DNA of 64,000 nt from Ascidiella aspersa (taxonomy: Eukaryota). Position 1 is the first letter of the stretch; each line of letters opens with the position of its first letter. This document shows, one piece after another, positions 62,224 through 64,000 of this stretch. The translations under genes were made by a program, and so were the position numbers. Under the pieces are notes generated by a model. It did no database searches and was not told the origin of the DNA. It saw only the letters and a program-made list of their open reading frames with translations. The stretch spans positions 19,592,001 to 19,656,000 of the forward strand of contig OZ004611.1 in assembly GCA_963924565.1 (NCBI GenBank), written 5' to 3'.

Positions 62224-64000
62224 GTCTATCGCATACAGGTGGTTCTCAGCAGATGCTTTTATTTTTCTTTATTATTCTTTAAATTTAGATAACCATAAGG
62301 CGAAATAAGCTATTATAATGCCGAAGAGGAAAACTCGGTTTACTGATGGGCTACGCCAGAAGTATCCTTGTTTCAGAAAAGGACGTATTAATTTCGAAGT
62401 TGAATGCATTACTTTTGGATATGGCACATTTTTCTCAAACGTAACAATTCTACTTTCGCTTTACTAGCAGGCAAAAAATGTCCTGTTTTTGGGTGCTGAA
62501 AATATGGTAGCCCTAGTGTTAGCAAATCCCTGGAAACTCACCGAAATATTTCCAGGTGGGGTCAATTTATGGCATTTTTTTTATTTAGCCTATTGTTATT
62601 TGTTAATATTATCAACAAGGCCTACCAATACAGTTAGGATTCATTGGAATTGACTTTTAGTTATATTTTTATTATCACTTTATTTGGTGTTGCAACAACA
62701 AAACGTAAACCCACAGTGTCAACATACTGAAGTTTGTTTAATTTTTGTAATAGGGGCTTCTTAAATGGGGAAATGTAGGAAACCCAGAATAACACCGAAA
62801 TATTTGAGGTGTTTTACATGATAATACTAAAAGAAACAGAATAAAAAATAATAACAAGAAGGCAACTGGTGTATGCCAAAATGGTATGACCCATTAGCTA
62901 TCAACACAGAAAGAATATTAGATGCAATGTATCTAATGTAAAAAAGAACACAACACCACGTACCAAGACAGCCACTCTTTAAATGTGACATATCCACATA
63001 ACCTCGCACTTACCCTATTAATTTAAAAATATTTATTTTTGCTTATTACAACAAATTCGTTGTAAGATTCTGTGAAATCGTTTTAAACAGTTTTAGTTTT
63101 AAACTTATGTAGTGTAGCAGATGGAGTTAAACTTGTTTTAATCGTTGTGGTAAAAATTGATTAATTTAAAAAAAAACGTATTCTTCCTGTCCCATCTTTC
63201 GAATCACACTGTCCCATCATTGAAACTCTGGTATCTAAAGACGGAACAAAATAACGTTTTTTCTAAGACGATTTATAAAAAAGGTAAAAAGCTAGAGTCA
63301 AAGTTCCAAGTGTGCTTCAAGCGTTTATGGCAGAGGTATCAAGTAGGCATGAAATTATTTAAAATCGTAGTTATAAGTGAGAACTACAAACAGTTTAAAA
63401 AAAGTGTCCCATCACGGGCAACCTTTTTTCCGCTCAGCATGATGGAAAATGTTTAATTGGTTTAGGCCCTTGGCAATGTCTCCACGTGTGTTTATGCTTC
63501 TTAATTATTTTCCCGCGTTTGTTTACGAAAGCTTAGTGAGATTGCACGTCGCTGTTGCCTTTTCGCTAACCTTGCCAGTCTCGCCCAAGATTAGTCCTTC
63601 TAAAAAAAGGGAATAAATTATTGAAGAAAATTTCTTCCGATTCTTTGACGTTTCAACCGCTTCCAATTACTTTTCCCAATTGTGGGGCCACGCGGGTTCA
63701 ATACAGCATAAACAAACCTTAACGGATAAATAATAGGGGCGTTTGCTTTGTCTGTATATGTATGCAATGCTCTTCAATTCAACAAAAATTAATTTGCTGT
63801 TTTTGCGGCAAATTAAGTTTTCAATAGTTTGTATTTGGTGATAAACAAACATTTTATCCTATCCAGAAGTATTTATTAACTATTCAGGTCGCTTGCTGTG
63901 TTTCGAAATTTGATTATAGTTTAAGATTTCAAAAAGATGTTCGGAAGATCAACTTAGTTAAAACTGCTCTCGTTTCCTCAAGTTAGTGAGCTTACACGAG

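Larger units (their letters stand above)
61031..62515 (+). mobile_element. hAT deletion derivative (TAGG termini) hosting nested MITEs
   Basis: TAGGCCTACCATAT...ATATGGTAGCCCTA; perfect 8-bp TSD GTGTTAGC (61023-61030, 62516-62523); retains a transposase-like start MPKRKTRFTDGLRQKYPCFRKG at 62318. Confidence 0.75.

Overview
Eukaryotic, AT-rich, intron-containing DNA, almost certainly from an ascidian/tunicate genome. I assembled three spliced genes by hand from GT-AG junctions with consistent phases. (1) A 27-exon tunicate cellulose synthase CesA (+, 7036-24019, about 1546 aa) has a ~540-aa low-complexity N-terminus, a GT2 core (DDG, HAKAG, DAD, TED, QRSRW), about 7 TM helices and a fused C-terminal GH6 cellulase-like domain that lacks the catalytic acid. 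This is the well-known bacteria-to-tunicate horizontal transfer. (2) A 7-exon NIPA-like (NIPAL2/3-type) Mg2+ transporter lies on the minus strand (27316-33816). (3) A 9-exon alpha-arrestin lies on the plus strand (41140-54741). Mobile DNA includes an internally deleted Academ-type transposon (1043-4091; ~270-bp TIRs, ATG TSD), many hAT-type MITEs including a nested stack at 61-62.8 kb, a CsRn1-like Gypsy remnant and a Sola2-like remnant. Three families of Penelope-type minimal hammerhead ribozyme repeats are also present, often as divergent inverted pairs. The most novel-looking signals are: PPxY/PSAP (NEDD4/ESCRT-type) motifs and a duplicated helical repeat in the CesA N-terminus; a furin-type RRKR site in a Gly/Thr-rich insert inside the probably extracellular GH6 domain; and the intronic hammerhead pairs. 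Gene models are manual and unverified by transcripts.
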